Part shown: positions 21,370-30,043 of the stretch, one piece after another
How positions within the stretch are numbered: the first letter of the stretch is position 1
Layout of the letters: each line of letters begins with the position of its first letter
Position numbers and translations under genes: made by a program
Notes under the pieces: model-generated
Seen by the model: the letters and a program-made list of their open reading frames with translations, nothing else
What the model was told of the DNA's origin: nothing
Databases searched by the model: none
Source: Alphaproteobacteria bacterium
Lineage (GTDB): Bacteria; Pseudomonadota; Alphaproteobacteria; JAQWUY01
NCBI GenBank assembly: GCA_965276005.1
Contig: OZ254962.1
Location: forward strand, 2,676,991-2,740,990
Reading direction: 5' to 3'
Length of the DNA: 64,000 bases

Positions 21370-21602
21370 AAACCGTCCCATTACGATAGTGCTATGCACA
21401 TTGTATGTTTCATCTCATATATTATTAAAGCACATTTTTGCATATTAGACAACATACTTTTGCATAGCATAAAAATACAGAATTATACATAAAATACAAA
21501 GCATTAAAGCTACTTAAAAGGTTTGCAAAATATATTTTTTATGAAAAAATATTCAATTTAATTGAATAATACGATGGATGCCATACACCAAAATTATGCC
21601 AT

Positions 21603-21785
21603 TTGACAACGCAAATACTATTACAGGCAGACAACAAAAAAGGTGTCGAACAGCTACGATTCGATACTACAAAAGATATTCGGATTGCTATATACAAGAC
21701 AGCTGGTTTTACGATTACCAGCATTGTAACCTTGTTGACCATCATTCAAATTGTTATTGTGATATTGACACCGGTTGCGTCATAA
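21603..21785 (+). CDS. Small protein with a C-terminal hydrophobic anchor, possibly frameshifted at the 5' end
   Basis: ..DIRIAIYKTAGFTITSIVTLLTIIQIVIVIL; followed by a GC hairpin and T-run at ~21795-21820. An upstream ATG at 21574 is out of frame by one base. Confidence 0.4.
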   Translation: MTTQILLQADNKKGVEQLRFDTTKDIRIAIYKTAGFTITSIVTLLTIIQIVIVILTPVAS

Positions 21786-21920
21786 AAAATGAAAGATGCC
21801 TTGTGGCAGGGGCGTTTTTTTCGTGTTTTCATTTTCTTATTTTCTTTGGGGCATAGCTGTTTTATGGGTAGCATTAGCAAAAAAAGTGTATTCGGTATAC
21901 AATTTGTGTATCGAAAGTTG

Positions 21921-21949
21921 TTGTTTTTTTTTCGCAGGTATGGTATCAT
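21921..21949 (+). promoter_or_regulatory. Putative sigma70 promoter of TPS-like gene 1, containing a T9 tract
   Basis: TTGTTT-N17-TATCAT with an extended TG; homologous to the region at 57517-57547. Confidence 0.45.
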
Positions 21950-22037
21950 GCAGGTCGAAGCGTGCTGTACACGGCATTTAGTGCCTGTAAAATGGTGTTA
22001 AGCTTTGGTTAATTATAAATGCTCAAGGGAGAGGGAG

Positions 22038-25000
22038 ATGACGATGACTAAATCTGTAAAATTTGCTTTATTGGCGGTATCTGCGTTAGGTACTGGCGTA
22101 TTTGCTGGTGGCTTGCCACAAGGTGGCGTGGTACAGGAGGGCTCTGCTAGTATCACATATGCTGGGGGGGGGGGGGGGTATATTTCCCTCGATATAAATC
22201 AGCGATCGGATAAGGCGGTTATCGATTGGCATAGTTTTTCTGTAGGTAAGGGTAACACGGTAAACTTTAACCAACCCAGTAGCGACTCGGCAACTTTGAA
22301 TCGGGTTACGGGGGATTTTACTTCGGAAATTGCTGGACGGATTAACAGTAACGGCAGTGTGTTTTTGGTCAATCCCAATGGCATACGGATTACTGCGGAT
22401 GGTGTTATCGACACGGGCGGTTTTGTTGCCTCGACTCTCGACATCGACAATAATGATTTTTTGAATGGTGAGTATACATTTACGAAAAATGGTAATAGTG
22501 GCGTTGTTTCGAATCGGGGTAGTATTTCGGTCGATGATGGCGGTTTTGTGGCGTTGCTAGGTGGGGCGGTTAAAAACGATGGCATGGTTCGAGCTCTTGT
22601 GGGTAAAGTAGGCTTTGCTGGTGGTGAAAAAATTGTTATGTCGTTTGGCAACAGCGATTTTTTACGGGTCGAAGTGCCTACGGACAAATGGGATACCTTA
22701 ACCGATTCGCAAGGCAATAAAGTTGCGGCTACCCTTGATTTAGGCGGTACCATTGACTCACGGGGTGGATTTATCGATATAACCGTTGCCGATGCCTCCG
22801 ATATTTTGCGACAGACTATTTCGATCGATGGTATTGTATCAGCAAACACTGTGTCTTCCACAGACGGTGTTATATCCATTAGTGGCGGTACAGTGGGGAT
22901 TACCGGCAACGGGCGAATCACTGCTGATGCCGATTATGGCACCGCCGGCACTATTGCCATCGAAGCGGATACCATCGATAGTAGCGGCACGGTTTCGGCT
23001 GTAGCACAAAATGGCACTGGAGGGACGGTTAAAATATCGTTGCAACACGGGGCAAACCTAAACGCTAGTACCCGTTTTGATGTGTCCGGTGGCAACAAGG
23101 GCGGCAGTCTGTCGTTTATTGGTGGTTTAGGCAAACAGGGTACGAAAGTATTAGGTTCTGCGGACTTTAAAGCCGATAGTACGGACGGTAGCGGCGGATA
23201 TGTCGATATTAGTAACAAAGGTGGCTTGGTCGGGCTGTTGTCCGGTACCGTATCCGCATCGGGCAAAACGCAAGGCGGACGGATTCGTCTAGGCGGGGCG
23301 TTTCAAGGGGGCGGGTATGACCCGAAAACCAGCCCACTCGACAAACGCACCCAAGACCTATTTGTTACCCGTTGGGCGGATAATGGCTCCCTTGTTAGTG
23401 CCGGCAAAACTTCGTTAGGCACAGGTGTACGAGTCGATGTTTCATCCGCATCAGGTACAGGCGGCACAGCGATTGTATGGGCAGATCATACCACCAACAA
23501 TTATGCGGCTATCGATGCCACAGGTGCCACTGGGGGCGGAGCGGTGGAAATATCGGGCAAAAAACAGGTCGACAGTTTCGGTTTAAAACGGATTAAGGCA
23601 GGCAACGGGGTTATTTTGCTCGACCCGCAAAATCTGGTTATAGGCAACTGGGGATCCGCAGTGGCACAGGCAAAAAAGATTGCACATGGCGTTAGTGGTG
23701 TTTCATTGAATGATGGAGATGCCTTTGGTAGTAGTGTATCGTTAAGCAGTGATGGGACGAAGTTGGCTGTCGGGGCTGGAGGTGATGACGATGGGGGTAA
23801 AACCAGTAGTGGGGCGGTGTATCTGTACACTGTCGGCGGATCCTCGTGGGGCGAGATAGTAACGCAAGTGGCAAAACTTTCTAATAGCCATGCCAGTGTT
23901 TCTTTGGATAAGAGTGATTGGTTTGGTAGTGGTGGTGTATCGTTAAGCAGTGATGGGACGAAGTTAGCTGTCGGGGTTTACCTTGATGACGATGGAGGTA
24001 ATGGCAAAGGGGCGGTGTATCTGTACACTGTCGGCGGATCCTCGTGGGGCAAGACGGTAACGCAAGCGGCAAAACTTTCTGATAGCCATACCAGTGTTTC
24101 TTTGGATGAGAGTGATTGGTTTGGTAGTGGTGTATCGTTAAGCGGTGATGGGACGAAGTTAGCTGTCGGGGCTGAAGGCGATGACGATGGAGGTAATGGC
24201 AAAGGGGCGGTGTATCTGTACACTGTCGGCGGATTCTCGTGGGGCGAGACGGTAACGCAAGTGGTAAAACTTTCTGATAGCCATACCAGTGTTTCTTTGG
24301 ATAAGAGTGATTGGTTTGGTAGTAGTGTATCGTTAAACGGTGATGGGACGAAGTTAGCTGTCGGAGCTGATGGTGATGACAGTTACAAAGGGGCGGTGTA
24401 TCTGTACATTGTCGGCGGATCCTCGTGGGGCAGTGCGGTAACGCAAGCGGTAAAACTTTCTAATAGTCATGCCAGTGTTTCTTTGGGTAACAACGATTAT
24501 TTTGGTAGTAGTGTATCGTTAAGTGGTGATGGGACGAAGTTAGCTGTCGGGGCGGATGGCGATGACGATGGTGGTTTTAATCGAGGGGCGGTGTATCTGT
24601 ACATTGTCGGCGGTTCTGGTGCCACATGGGGCAGTACGGTAACGCAAGCGGCAAAACTTTCTCATAAACATGCCAGTGTTTCCTTGGATGATTCGGATTA
24701 TTTTGGTGTTGGTGTATCGCTAAGTGGTGATGGGACGAAGTTGGCTGTCGGAGCTAAGTGGGATGACGATAGGGGTAGTAACCAACATGCAAATCGAGGG
24801 GCGGTGTATCTGTACACTATTGGTACTGATGCAGACGATTACAAACAACAATTGCAGGATGGAGATGTAACCCTTGTTGCCAGCAACGATATTACTATAA
24901 ACAGGGCTATAAATGCAGATTCAGGCGGTGGCACATTAACCCTAATCGCCGGGCGGTCGATCAAAATTAACGCTGATGTAAAAGTAAATGGCGGGCTTGT

Positions 25001-26168
25001 ATTAAAAGCCAATGACGCCAGCGATAGTGATTTTATTTTAAGCGAACGGGACACAGGCAAAGCACACATTACCGTTGCCACAGGTAAAACCATATCCGGG
25101 GGCAATGGTAATTTACTTATCAAAATGCTCAAAGGCAGTAGCAGTGCCGCCGCCGAAAAAAAACAAACCGGCAAAATCACCGTGTGGAAAGCGGAGGGTA
25201 AACGGGTCAGCATTGTACATACAGGCATCTCTGATTCGGAAATTGTCATTCTGAGCGGTGGTCGAATCACTTCCAAAAGTACCAGCCTTGCACCGGGAGC
25301 CGTAGGTATCGAATTGGTGGCAGACACATTTACTAACAACTCAGACAGCAATGCTTTATCGGTAACAAGTGGTCGCTACTTGGTATGGACAAAAACCCAT
25401 GCGGATAACACTATGGGGGGCATAATACCACCCTTTAGCCAATATAACCTAGCGTACGACACAACCAAACCAAATTTTCATTCGACTGGTGTGAAAGATA
25501 CCCGATCTGGCTTTGTATACAGCAATGCCAAAAACAGTGGTGGTAATAATGGCGGCGGTAACAACGGCGGTAATAATGGCGATAACAAAGGCAATAATGG
25601 CAATGGCGGAGATTTAGATCTAGGCAACAGCGGTAGCGGCGGCGGCGGTGGCAGTAGCAGTGGCGGTGGTGCAGCGGTTGTCGCACTGGTGGGCACTGGT
25701 GTTGCCGTCAGCATCATGGGCGGTGGCGTAACCGCAGCTGGTGCTGCTGGTGCCGCAGGAGCTGGTGCTGCCGGTGCGGCGGGTGGGGCTGCTGGTGGAG
25801 CAAGCGGGGCTAGTGGTGTCATAGGTGTGCCGCTTGGTCGTATCGACACTATCTTTAACACCAACATATACGCCCAGTTAAATGGTATCGATATGCAGGC
25901 ACTATACCAACCATCGATACAAAAACCTTTTGCATCTGTATTTAATACACCGCAACAGGTTACATACAAAGCCAAATACAAAAGCCAAATACATCGCACA
26001 TACGATATGGCATTGTTGACACATAACATCAAGGCACAAAAAGCGGTACCCCTGTACGAACTGGACGCAGACCTGTACGAAACCTTGAAACGCATATTCG
26101 TACAACAATCGACAGTGACAGACAAAACCGCCCGTACGGATACACAAGCTGTATTATCCGAAACTTAA
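22038..26168 (+). CDS. Filamentous-hemagglutinin (TPS) N-terminal-domain protein with six FG-GAP-like repeats, paralog 1
   Basis: Signal peptide; DWHSFSV...TLNRV...INSNGSVFLVNPNG TPS domain; six FGSxVSLSxDGTKLAVGA repeats (~23700-24830); Gly/Asn linker and hydrophobic Gly/Ala tail. Start set at 22038 after GGGAG. Confidence 0.85.
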   Translation: MTMTKSVKFALLAVSALGTGVFAGGLPQGGVVQEGSASITYAGGGGGYISLDINQRSDKAVIDWHSFSVGKGNTVNFNQPSSDSATLNRVTGDFTSEIAGRINSNGSVFLVNPNGIRITADGVIDTGGFVASTLDIDNNDFLNGEYTFTKNGNSGVVSNRGSISVDDGGFVALLGGAVKNDGMVRALVGKVGFAGGEKIVMSFGNSDFLRVEVPTDKWDTLTDSQGNKVAATLDLGGTIDSRGGFIDITVADASDILRQTISIDGIVSANTVSSTDGVISISGGTVGITGNGRITADADYGTAGTIAIEADTIDSSGTVSAVAQNGTGGTVKISLQHGANLNASTRFDVSGGNKGGSLSFIGGLGKQGTKVLGSADFKADSTDGSGGYVDISNKGGLVGLLSGTVSASGKTQGGRIRLGGAFQGGGYDPKTSPLDKRTQDLFVTRWADNGSLVSAGKTSLGTGVRVDVSSASGTGGTAIVWADHTTNNYAAIDATGATGGGAVEISGKKQVDSFGLKRIKAGNGVILLDPQNLVIGNWGSAVAQAKKIAHGVSGVSLNDGDAFGSSVSLSSDGTKLAVGAGGDDDGGKTSSGAVYLYTVGGSSWGEIVTQVAKLSNSHASVSLDKSDWFGSGGVSLSSDGTKLAVGVYLDDDGGNGKGAVYLYTVGGSSWGKTVTQAAKLSDSHTSVSLDESDWFGSGVSLSGDGTKLAVGAEGDDDGGNGKGAVYLYTVGGFSWGETVTQVVKLSDSHTSVSLDKSDWFGSSVSLNGDGTKLAVGADGDDSYKGAVYLYIVGGSSWGSAVTQAVKLSNSHASVSLGNNDYFGSSVSLSGDGTKLAVGADGDDDGGFNRGAVYLYIVGGSGATWGSTVTQAAKLSHKHASVSLDDSDYFGVGVSLSGDGTKLAVGAKWDDDRGSNQHANRGAVYLYTIGTDADDYKQQLQDGDVTLVASNDITINRAINADSGGGTLTLIAGRSIKINADVKVNGGLVLKANDASDSDFILSERDTGKAHITVATGKTISGGNGNLLIKMLKGSSSAAAEKKQTGKITVWKAEGKRVSIVHTGISDSEIVILSGGRITSKSTSLAPGAVGIELVADTFTNNSDSNALSVTSGRYLVWTKTHADNTMGGIIPPFSQYNLAYDTTKPNFHSTGVKDTRSGFVYSNAKNSGGNNGGGNNGGNNGDNKGNNGNGGDLDLGNSGSGGGGGSSSGGGAAVVALVGTGVAVSIMGGGVTAAGAAGAAGAGAAGAAGGAAGGASGASGVIGVPLGRIDTIFNTNIYAQLNGIDMQALYQPSIQKPFASVFNTPQQVTYKAKYKSQIHRTYDMALLTHNIKAQKAVPLYELDADLYETLKRIFVQQSTVTDKTARTDTQAVLSET
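22164..22178 (+). repeat. G15 homopolymer inside the CDS (candidate phase-variation switch)
   Basis: GCT GGG GGG GGG GGG GGG TAT; currently in frame; absent from paralog 2. Confidence 0.8.
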
Positions 26169-26189
26169 AAAAATATGGGATAAAAGAGT

Positions 26190-26807
26190 CTATTGCACAG
26201 ATTTAATACGGACATTTTGAGCGTATGTGGGGATATATTGTAAACGGATCTTAAAGGCTGTGTGCTGTGCGGGGGGGAGGGCGATGGGTACCGTGTGCGT
26301 TTGGGTGCCAATCGGGGTGTCGTTATCGGTCAGAAATTCCAATACTATAGTAGCCGGCTTGTAATGGGTTTTGTTGCTGGTGTTATATATAATGCCATAT
26401 AGGGTGCTGTTTCGGTTGGCGATAAGCTGTGTTACATGCCCGATCAACGGTGTATTGGGATTGGGCGTATTGTCCGTGTCTTTAAACCATGCGTTCGCTT
26501 GGGTAATACCCAAAGTCTTATATACCAACCGCATTTCAGGTACATATGTTACGATGGTATTCTGTCCGTAAAATCCTATGGCACCTAATGCGACTATGGC
26601 GGTAGGGATGCAAAACATCAAGGTCTTGAAAAACGACCGCAGCATCGACACCGGCGGCGGCGTAAAAATCGGGCTATGGGTATCCGGCGGTGGTGGGGCA
26701 GTATGCACAGACTCGCCCGCCCCAGCCGTATCATCCATTGCCGGGGGAATAGGGGTGGGCTTTATCGTGCCTTTTTTGCGTTTTTTTGCCGTTTTTTCTG
26801 TGTGCAT
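26190..26807 (-). CDS. Single-pass membrane protein, DUF3426/FxLYD-like C-terminal domain
   Basis: Pro-rich linker, one TM segment, then LYGIIYNTS...LEFLTD; divergent from ftsE. Start at 26807 has an AGGA RBS. The longer ORF-track call is antisense overlap with ftsE. Confidence 0.6.
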   Translation of the reverse strand: MHTEKTAKKRKKGTIKPTPIPPAMDDTAGAGESVHTAPPPPDTHSPIFTPPPVSMLRSFFKTLMFCIPTAIVALGAIGFYGQNTIVTYVPEMRLVYKTLGITQANAWFKDTDNTPNPNTPLIGHVTQLIANRNSTLYGIIYNTSNKTHYKPATIVLEFLTDNDTPIGTQTHTVPIALPPAQHTAFKIRLQYIPTYAQNVRIKSVQ

Positions 26808-26891
26808 GTGTCCTGTTATCCCCGTTTTATGTGCCGATTCGTACATATTTTTATATGGACAGCACAGGGATTCCCATGTATATTTTACCTT

Positions 26892-27572
26892 ATGGATACA
26901 AAAAAAGCAATATTCGAATTCGACGAGGTGCGATTGTCTTATGATGGCACGCATGACATATTTTATAATTTGAATATGTGCATATATGCGGGGGGATTTT
27001 ATGTTATCACTGGACCCAGTGGGGCGGGTAAAACTTCGTTGTTGCGGGCGATGATGCTCGATGTGCTGCCTAGTGACGGCACTGTGTCGGTATTTGGCAA
27101 GCCCCACACCCAGTTTACGCACGAAAATGTCGTACAAGCCCGTCAACATATGGGGTTTGTATTTCAAGATTGTAAATTGTTACCGCACTTAAACGCCTAT
27201 GAAAATATCGCCGTTGCCCTGCATATCCGCCACCGACCTAGTCGACATATGCGTAGCAAAGTCGACCAAATTTTACAATGGGTAGGGCTGCAACACTACG
27301 CCGATGCCTATCCCCCGTCCCTATCGGGCGGACAGCAACAGCTGCTGGCACTAGCACGGGCGGTCGTAACCCGTCCTCAGGTTATTGTTGCCGATGAGCC
27401 GACTGGGTCGCTGGATGCCTATGCGGCACATCGTATCTTTCAGCTGTTTAAAATCTTGCATGCACAAGGCACAACCATTGTTATGGTTACCCACGATACG
27501 CAAATGATACAAGACATGCCCTATAACCGTATGCACATTCACGATAAAATTGTACAGGAATACCCCCTATGA
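26892..27572 (+). CDS. ftsE: Cell division ATP-binding protein FtsE
   Basis: GPSGAGKTS, VFQDCKLL, LSGGQQQ, ADEPTGSLD; directly upstream of an FtsX-like permease. Confidence 0.85.
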   Translation: MDTKKAIFEFDEVRLSYDGTHDIFYNLNMCIYAGGFYVITGPSGAGKTSLLRAMMLDVLPSDGTVSVFGKPHTQFTHENVVQARQHMGFVFQDCKLLPHLNAYENIAVALHIRHRPSRHMRSKVDQILQWVGLQHYADAYPPSLSGGQQQLLALARAVVTRPQVIVADEPTGSLDAYAAHRIFQLFKILHAQGTTIVMVTHDTQMIQDMPYNRMHIHDKIVQEYPL

Positions 27573-28489
27573 TACGCACATTTAGCCGCTATATTGTGCC
27601 ATTGCACAAGGGGGGATTCGACAGGGGACTGACGGCTATTATGGCATTTATGGTGGCACTTGCGGTGCTGTTTACTGCTGGGGCGATAACCCTTTCCGAT
27701 TTTATAAACGATTGGAGTAGGGGGATCGAAAACAGTATATCTGTATCCGCTTTATATCCGGACGATATGCGTACACAAACACAACAAAAAATCACCGATA
27801 AAATTAGCCGCATTCTCAACGATACAGAAGGGGTAAAATCCGCCAACATAGTACCCGATGCGGATAAACAGCAATTGCTCTCCCATTGGCTGGGCGATGC
27901 TATCGATAAAAATACTATCGACTTGCCGGTGTTATGGGATGTGACGGTAGACAATGGTTTTGATGTGTCCGCCGTAACAACCGCCATTCAAGCCATATAT
28001 GACGGTGCGGTTATCGACGATTATATGCACTGGAAAAACAGCTTGTTACAATTTGCCAGCGATATGATATTTATAGCTTATGCCTTTGCGGTTGTTGTTG
28101 TGTGTGTGCTGGTGGTGCTGATTTCTCTGTGTGTACGAATCCTTGTTGCCCTGCATATGGAGACACTGCAGGTGCTGACATTGTTGGGGGCATCGGATTC
28201 ATTTATCCTAAAAGATGTGGGGCGGTATGCGTTTTGGGTGGGTTTAAAATCGGCATTTTTCGGGGTGATAGTGTCTGTGGCAGGGGTTGTGATAGGGGGG
28301 CTGTGGTATACGGATATGACCTTTGCCATACTGTTGGACTTTGACAGGGATATGCTGCAACAGATATTTTTGGCAAATATGTTGCGGATATTTGGGCTGT
28401 GTGCTATTATCCTAGCGGTGGCACTGATCAGCCGATGGGGGGCTATTCGCAGTGCCAAAAAATGTATTCGGCAACACTATCGCATATAA
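27569..28489 (+). CDS. ftsX: Cell division permease FtsX
   Basis: TM-periplasmic domain-3TM layout, [16 protein letters not shown]; ATGA overlap with ftsE. Confidence 0.8.
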   Translation: MIRTFSRYIVPLHKGGFDRGLTAIMAFMVALAVLFTAGAITLSDFINDWSRGIENSISVSALYPDDMRTQTQQKITDKISRILNDTEGVKSANIVPDADKQQLLSHWLGDAIDKNTIDLPVLWDVTVDNGFDVSAVTTAIQAIYDGAVIDDYMHWKNSLLQFASDMIFIAYAFAVVVVCVLVVLISLCVRILVALHMETLQVLTLLGASDSFILKDVGRYAFWVGLKSAFFGVIVSVAGVVIGGLWYTDMTFAILLDFDRDMLQQIFLANMLRIFGLCAIILAVALISRWGAIRSAKKCIRQHYRI

Positions 28490-28517
28490 CATATGTACAG
28501 AAACAGACGGGATAACC

Positions 28518-29903
28518 ATGACAACAAATAAAATGTGGGGGGGCAGGTTTACACAGGAACCCTCAGCCATTATGCAACACATTAACGCATCGATCGATTT
28601 CGATAAACGGCTGTATGTACAGGATATAACCGCATCTATTGCCCATGCGACCATGCTGGCATCGGTGGGGGTTATTTCTGATGCGGACAAGGAGGCTATT
28701 GTCGATGGACTGCACCGCATTAAAGCAGAAATCGAGGGCGGTAGTTTTCCATTTTCCGCTGTATTAGAAGATATTCATATGAATATCGAGTCCCGTTTAA
28801 AAGACCTTATTGGCGATGCCGGTGGGCGGTTGCATACGGGGCGAAGTCGTAACGACCAAGTGGCAACGGACTTTCGCCTGTGGGTACGGGAACAGGCGGA
28901 TAGTACTATTGCCAGCTTGCGGCTGCTGATCGGGGCGTTGATCGACCAAGCCGAAACTTATGCGGATACGGTTATGCCCGGATACACCCATTTACAAACC
29001 GCCCAACCGGTAACCTTTGGGCATCACTTGTTGGCGTATGTGGAAATGTTGGGGCGGGATTTAAGCCGATTTAGCGATTGTCGCAACCGATTAAACGAAT
29101 GCCCATTGGGAGCCGCCGCACTGGCGGGCACTTCGTTTCCTATCGACCGCCAGCAAACAGCATCTGCACTGGGGTTTGACCGTCCGTCTGCCAATTCTAT
29201 GGATGCGGTGGCAAGCCGTGATTTTGTCCTAGAATTCTTGTCTTGTGCGTCTATTTGTGCGGTGCATTTGTCCCGTTTTGCCGAAGAGTGCGTGATTTGG
29301 TGTTCTGATCGGTTTCGTTTTATCGAATTGTCAGATGCTTACACCACCGGATCATCGATTATGCCGCAAAAGAAAAATCCCGATGCAGCGGAACTGATAC
29401 GGGCAAAACCGGGACGGATTATAGGGGCGTTGATGTCTTTATTGGTGGTGATGAAGGGGCTGCCTATGACATATGGCAAGGACATGCAAGAAGACAAACA
29501 AATGAGTTTCGATGCCGCCGATAGCCTTGCCCTTGCCCTTGTTGCCACCGCCGGCATGGTACAGGATTTAAAAGCCAATACCCATAATATGCGGGCTGCT
29601 TTAACGGACGGTTTTCCCACCGCCACCGACTTAGCCGATTACTTGGTGCGGGTGTTAAACATACCGTTTCGGGACGCCCATCATATCACCGGGGAAATTG
29701 TCGCCCTTGCGGATAGTAAACGGGTGGCATTATCAGATATGGCTTTGTCTGATATGCAATCCATCGAATCCCGTATAACGGACGATATTTACAGTGTGTT
29801 ATCGGTAGAGGCATCGGTAAAATCCCGCACTTCGTACGGGGGTAGTGCCCCGCAAAATGTCAAAAAAATGTGCCTATCCGCCCGGCAGAGGTTTGCCGTA
29901 TGA
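28518..29903 (+). CDS. argH: Argininosuccinate lyase
   Basis: [35 protein letters not shown]. Confidence 0.97.
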   Translation: MTTNKMWGGRFTQEPSAIMQHINASIDFDKRLYVQDITASIAHATMLASVGVISDADKEAIVDGLHRIKAEIEGGSFPFSAVLEDIHMNIESRLKDLIGDAGGRLHTGRSRNDQVATDFRLWVREQADSTIASLRLLIGALIDQAETYADTVMPGYTHLQTAQPVTFGHHLLAYVEMLGRDLSRFSDCRNRLNECPLGAAALAGTSFPIDRQQTASALGFDRPSANSMDAVASRDFVLEFLSCASICAVHLSRFAEECVIWCSDRFRFIELSDAYTTGSSIMPQKKNPDAAELIRAKPGRIIGALMSLLVVMKGLPMTYGKDMQEDKQMSFDAADSLALALVATAGMVQDLKANTHNMRAALTDGFPTATDLADYLVRVLNIPFRDAHHITGEIVALADSKRVALSDMALSDMQSIESRITDDIYSVLSVEASVKSRTSYGGSAPQNVKKMCLSARQRFAV

Positions 29904-30043
29904 TGGGACGGATAAGCGGGGTTTTGTTGCTGGCTGTTATCTTGTCCGCATGCGGGCGGCAACCGGCGATGAGCGATTCGTTGCCCCACCAAGCCTCTAA
30001 ACAATGCCTAGACATCGTACAAGATGTTACCGATTGTATATGA
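29900..30043 (+). CDS. Small predicted lipoprotein (47 aa)
   Basis: [22 protein letters not shown]...; lipobox LSAC; ATGA overlaps with both argH and lysA; not in the ORF track. Confidence 0.7.
   Translation: MMGRISGVLLLAVILSACGRQPAMSDSLPHQASKQCLDIVQDVTDCI

Noticed and set aside
21425-21475. Sigma54 promoter (AAGCACATTTTTGCA)
   Set aside because: It lacks the GG dinucleotide, the spacing is one base short, and it is on the wrong strand for the ABC cluster.
23700-24830. Diversity-generating retroelement TR/VR pair (also considered for the MTase copies)
   Set aside because: Differences between repeats are not adenine-specific and no reverse transcriptase is present. These are in-frame protein repeats.
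25900-26168. Autotransporter beta-domain in the TPS-like proteins
   Set aside because: The C-terminal region is too short, lacks alternating beta-strand patterning and has no terminal aromatic residue.
26676-27167. N-terminal extensions in the ORF track for ftsE and the DUF3426-like gene (also SulP, argH, pntB, hpaF, Sel1)
   Set aside because: The extensions overlap neighbouring genes; downstream starts with an RBS match the family N-termini.
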